64,000 bases of DNA, taken from positions 1,488,001 through 1,552,000 of the forward strand of contig JAYWIR010000016.1 in the NCBI GenBank assembly GCA_036172245.1, in the 5' to 3' direction. The position numbers were made by a program, and so were the translations under genes. The notes under the pieces were generated by a model. It had not been told where the DNA came from. It made no database searches and saw nothing but the letters and a program-made list of their open reading frames with translations. Source of the DNA: Raillietiella orientalis (Eukaryota). Position 1 is the stretch's first letter, and the number at the start of each line of letters is the position of its first letter. Below, piece by piece: positions 63,701 to 64,000 of the stretch.

Positions 63701-63720
63701 GATGCAGCCCATGCGTCTGA
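24682..63720 (+). CDS. MINDY4B: MINDY4B/FAM188B2-like (MINDY-3/4 family) probably inactive deubiquitinase; at least 9 exons over about 39 kb, 5' end unresolved
   Basis: Exons 24682-24767, 38392-38603, 46025-46208, 49313-49378, 49458-49528, 57641-57809, 58381-58470, 58926-59173, 63672-63720. All are AG/GT bounded and phase compatible, with no internal stops, giving about 391 aa. The protein follows MINDY4 domain order: ITEKEAKELRLVCFG...VQAYFLKHLLF...DVLWK...ADGCTEK...GLLMFLYSLVMSKT...ITGMATPFLHNG...EIGFL...VGSRLKEPFFPIW...FDLHYY...PPLEVLIRTKWEDASVGWNG. Confidence 0.85.
27500..29230 (-). mobile_element. Degenerate RLE-type non-LTR retrotransposon relic (pre-RT and N-terminal RT)
   Basis: LFLRGGQRKSVR, PSEV...KTAAGSLKGTSY (cf. 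F+..EV...TAPGPDG++Y), IPSW and CIDV..A occur in order on the minus strand. Confidence 0.45.
30196..30845 (+). repeat. 650-bp inverted duplication, arm 1 (probable inserted copy)
   Basis: Near-identical reverse complement of 31493-32142. The ORF track gives identical peptides on opposite strands, with one visible difference (SSFSQG vs SSFPQG). Perfect hairpin CAGGCCCCGT-AGG-ACGGGGCCTG at the outer junction (30188-30210). Confidence 0.95.
31493..32142 (-). repeat. 650-bp inverted duplication, arm 2 (probable native position)
   Basis: Reverse complement of 30196-30845; spacer is 647 bp. Confidence 0.95.
33280..34620 (+). pseudogene. Decayed SNF2-family (CHD-like) chromatin remodelling helicase pseudogene nested in a MINDY4B-like intron
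   Basis: Fragments in helicase order across frames: NFLAYLVP, YLDPFPL, KILEPRIAPSKHVL, GFSRLGSTRQR...LLHLSTTVGGLGL* (cf. FLLSTRAGGLG), LEADF, VIDVHLTSHESVGKR (cf. V.IYRFVTR.SVEER), SRKELE. Several stops and frameshifts. Confidence 0.45.
36027..36100 (+). pseudogene. tRNA-Asp-like pseudogene or tRNA-derived SINE head
   Basis: TTCTCGGTAGCACAGCGGTCAGTAT...TGCCATGCGGGAGACCGGGATTCGATCCCC resembles tRNA-Asp (TCCTCG.TAGTATAGTGGT.AGTAT..C.GCCTGTCACGCGGGAGACCGGGGTTCGATTCCCC). A and B boxes are visible; acceptor and anticodon stems are broken. Confidence 0.6.
37600..38380 (+). mobile_element. Possible degenerate non-LTR RT fragment
   Basis: FSPED...AKTLG and ALSPESTGDDEG..E weakly recall RT domains 0-2; very decayed. 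Confidence 0.3.
38392..38603 (+). CDS. MINDY4B: MINDY4B-like exon
   Basis: tttccag|ELRLVCFGPQVSRVPEWLKYGFLFREDSSPLSYGLLAPRTPARGLLSMVQAYFLKHLLFGRDFPGSKGRE CC|gtaaga. Confidence 0.88.
39270..40580 (-). mobile_element. Degenerate RLE-type retrotransposon relic (C-terminal RT to CCHC knuckle)
   Basis: GVKELCGL (cf. GVKQGCPL), SFQDEL (cf. YADDL), ALETKVPCRQ...VSSWHIAG, TQCR...HLTVIAAGC. Truncated by repeat copy C. Confidence 0.5.
40595..41110 (+). repeat. Unclassified interspersed repeat family, copy C (diverged)
   Basis: AATCCAGGAAGGCTCCGAAGG...CCGGAGGGAACCCGGAG...CTGAAGAGAACTCCGAAG...GGTCGACTTCCA...ACCCACGACGCAC. Confidence 0.6.
41450..44930 (-). mobile_element. Near-full-length but degenerate RLE-type non-LTR retrotransposon
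   Basis: In order on the minus strand: LHGLYAVNR, AHKL..LVANGR, LARHHRKRFGD..R (cf. WLD..NAFGS.PH), RVPE...ITY, RVDKC, SCLKEG, CRLHNV (CCHC/RHN), IPDFV...VLVTFSPF and IWIGSS (RLE). Confidence 0.55.
44991..45331 (+). repeat. Polypurine tract containing three exact 85-bp tandem units
   Basis: Units start at 45042, 45127 and 45212. The only T residues fall at 45096, 45181 and 45266 (85-bp period). Confidence 0.9.
46025..46208 (+). CDS. MINDY4B: MINDY4B-like exon
   Basis: tttccag|G KDRLQPSKAAQHFFLACAIKDVLWKISSRCKQECVVALCRDTPSLVPDDDGTYVADGCTEK|gtagcc. Confidence 0.88.
47150..49200 (-). mobile_element. Degenerate RLE-type retrotransposon RT/post-RT relic
   Basis: WIRKGLP/AKVCPL (GIRQGCPL-like), FAHE, SAELGQKV (cf. 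S.L.PWQK) and SLPS..GAGNPL in order on the minus strand. Confidence 0.4.
49313..49378 (+). CDS. MINDY4B: MINDY4B-like exon
   Basis: gcgcag|MMFFRFSDEDNIQRFLEQNIEK|gtaaag (66 nt, phase 0-0). Confidence 0.85.
49458..49528 (+). CDS. MINDY4B: MINDY4B-like exon
   Basis: tttcag|FTEERGCGLLMFLYSLVMSKTTD AG|gttcgt; cf. the family motif G+ +LFLYS+++S+. Confidence 0.88.
51900..53900 (+). mobile_element. Degenerate RLE-type retrotransposon RT relic
   Basis: GRRRKAPKKFPARPV (K.D....RPI), KKRREVLDHWL, FHGGC, SKHLGVLSG (KYLGV..G) and TWLPKRR in RT order. Confidence 0.45.
53950..55300 (-). mobile_element. Probable N-terminal zinc-finger region relic of an RLE-type element
   Basis: SLHGPFKC...GRTQRLDG resembles the GPF.C zinc finger seen at about 33190. 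Confidence 0.3.
55610..56010 (+). repeat. Unclassified interspersed repeat family, copy D
   Basis: TCTGTCTTTGCTGTTTTCC...GGTTCGCTGAGTACTTCAAGAG...TTCTTCAAG...CCCTATAAATCTAGGAAGGACTTCGG...ACCTCCACCCTGGTTGTCTCCGAAGGG...GAAGAGAACCCCGAAGGGACGCTT. Confidence 0.75.
57641..57809 (+). CDS. MINDY4B: MINDY4B-like exon
   Basis: tttcag|A LKEELQDVDIEVLVEATSAFMHRLKSTIALVTLGITGMATPFLHNGIIYSSEESCY|gtaagt. Confidence 0.88.
58180..58296 (+). repeat. Three degenerate ~38-40 bp tandem units (intronic)
   Basis: GTAAACAA(C/AGC)A..AAATT.TG.A....AA.CAGT.CAAT repeated three times. Confidence 0.7.
58381..58470 (+). CDS. MINDY4B: MINDY4B-like exon
   Basis: ttttcag|GRKRIGILTRCEIGFLLTKQEYSFKDNKEL|gtaagt. Confidence 0.88.
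58490..58800 (+). repeat. GT-rich degenerate simple repeat (intronic)
   Basis: GTGTGCTCATGTCGTGT-like units. Confidence 0.75.
58926..59173 (+). CDS. MINDY4B: MINDY4B-like exon
   Basis: ttccaag|VGSRLKEPFFPIWIVCVQDQFGVLFKLKRDLLTKDCEEEKGFDLHYYNCTCYQTTAVTLTIERHFQAHEDKRIPPLEVLIRT AA|gtaagt. Confidence 0.9.
59250..61050 (-). mobile_element. Degenerate RLE-type retrotransposon relic in the last MINDY4B-like intron
   Basis: CGEC zinc-finger remnant (~60970), then KIPSPSLRVVHVGRGDEGKMDPRIWRAL (IP..W....K....WRPI) and weaker downstream RT remnants. Confidence 0.45.
62457..62487 (+). pseudogene. U2: U2 snRNA 5' fragment (nt 1-31)
   Basis: ATCTCTCCTCGGCCTTTTGGCTATGATCAAG versus U2 ATCGCTTCTCGGCCTTTTGGCTAAGATCAAG, 28/31 identical. 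Embedded in a GAG/GAA tract. Confidence 0.75.
63672..63720 (+). CDS. MINDY4B: MINDY4B-like terminal exon
   Basis: ttcctttccag|G TGG GAA GAC... completes RTK-WEDASVGWNGCSPCV* (cf. MINDY4 RTKWKGASVNWNGSDPIL*). Confidence 0.88.
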
Positions 63721-64000
63721 TGGATCAAAAGCCTGGCTCCAGCAGCTTCTTCCGCACAGCATAGGACACCTCAGCCTATTGGGACGCCTCGCCTCCGTCG
63801 CTCTTGCTCCGAGGGAACGGCTCGAGGGGCGACTTCCCAATGGGACCACCCTCACCCGAGCGCCCCATCCGCACGCCTCCCTCTCACCTCGCCACCTTCC
63901 GGCTCATCTCCGAGCTAGAATGCGCAGCTTCTTGAAAATACAAAAGGAACATCAGGATGTCGTTTTCTTTTCCATCTGGTTTTTCCTTCTGGAGGAATGG

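Noticed and set aside
15300..63900. Hundreds of long overlapping ORFs in the six-frame track (e.g. 23793-24863, 28163-29221, 40692-41744, 62317-63366)
   Set aside because: R/G/S/P-rich, overlapping on both strands and explained by high GC content. Only the short exon segments listed show family motifs.

Overview
Eukaryotic (metazoan) genomic DNA, not prokaryotic. The tiny introns and RLE retroelements suggest a nematode-like invertebrate, but that is inference only. The window has two domains. (1) About 1-15 kb is AT-rich. It holds a multi-exon methylcrotonoyl-CoA carboxylase alpha gene (MCCC1-like, minus strand, about 12 introns of 33-57 nt), an intronless RAM/FAM103A1-like gene, a decayed hAT (Charlie/SPIN-like) transposon with intact TIRs and TSD, and RLE retrotransposon 3' fragments. 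(2) About 15-64 kb is GC-rich and looks like a graveyard of decayed non-LTR retrotransposons (mostly R2-supergroup NeSL/Utopia-like ZF-RT-CCHC-RLE, plus one Tx1/L1-like 3' end). Hidden in it is an apparently intact plus-strand gene of at least 9 phase-compatible GT-AG exons spread over about 39 kb (24682-63720). It encodes a MINDY4B/FAM188B2-like pseudo-deubiquitinase that lacks the catalytic Cys and His. Other signals: two 5' fragments of U2 snRNA, two local inverted templated duplications (262 bp and 650 bp), an unclassified repeat family of about 1 kb in 4 copies, a probable nad5 NUMT, a decayed SNF2/CHD-like helicase pseudogene, a tRNA-Asp-like pseudogene and an 85-bp purine tandem repeat. 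Nearly all ORFs in the supplied track over 15-64 kb are spurious GC-rich frames. All assignments are by-eye motif recognition; no searches were run.
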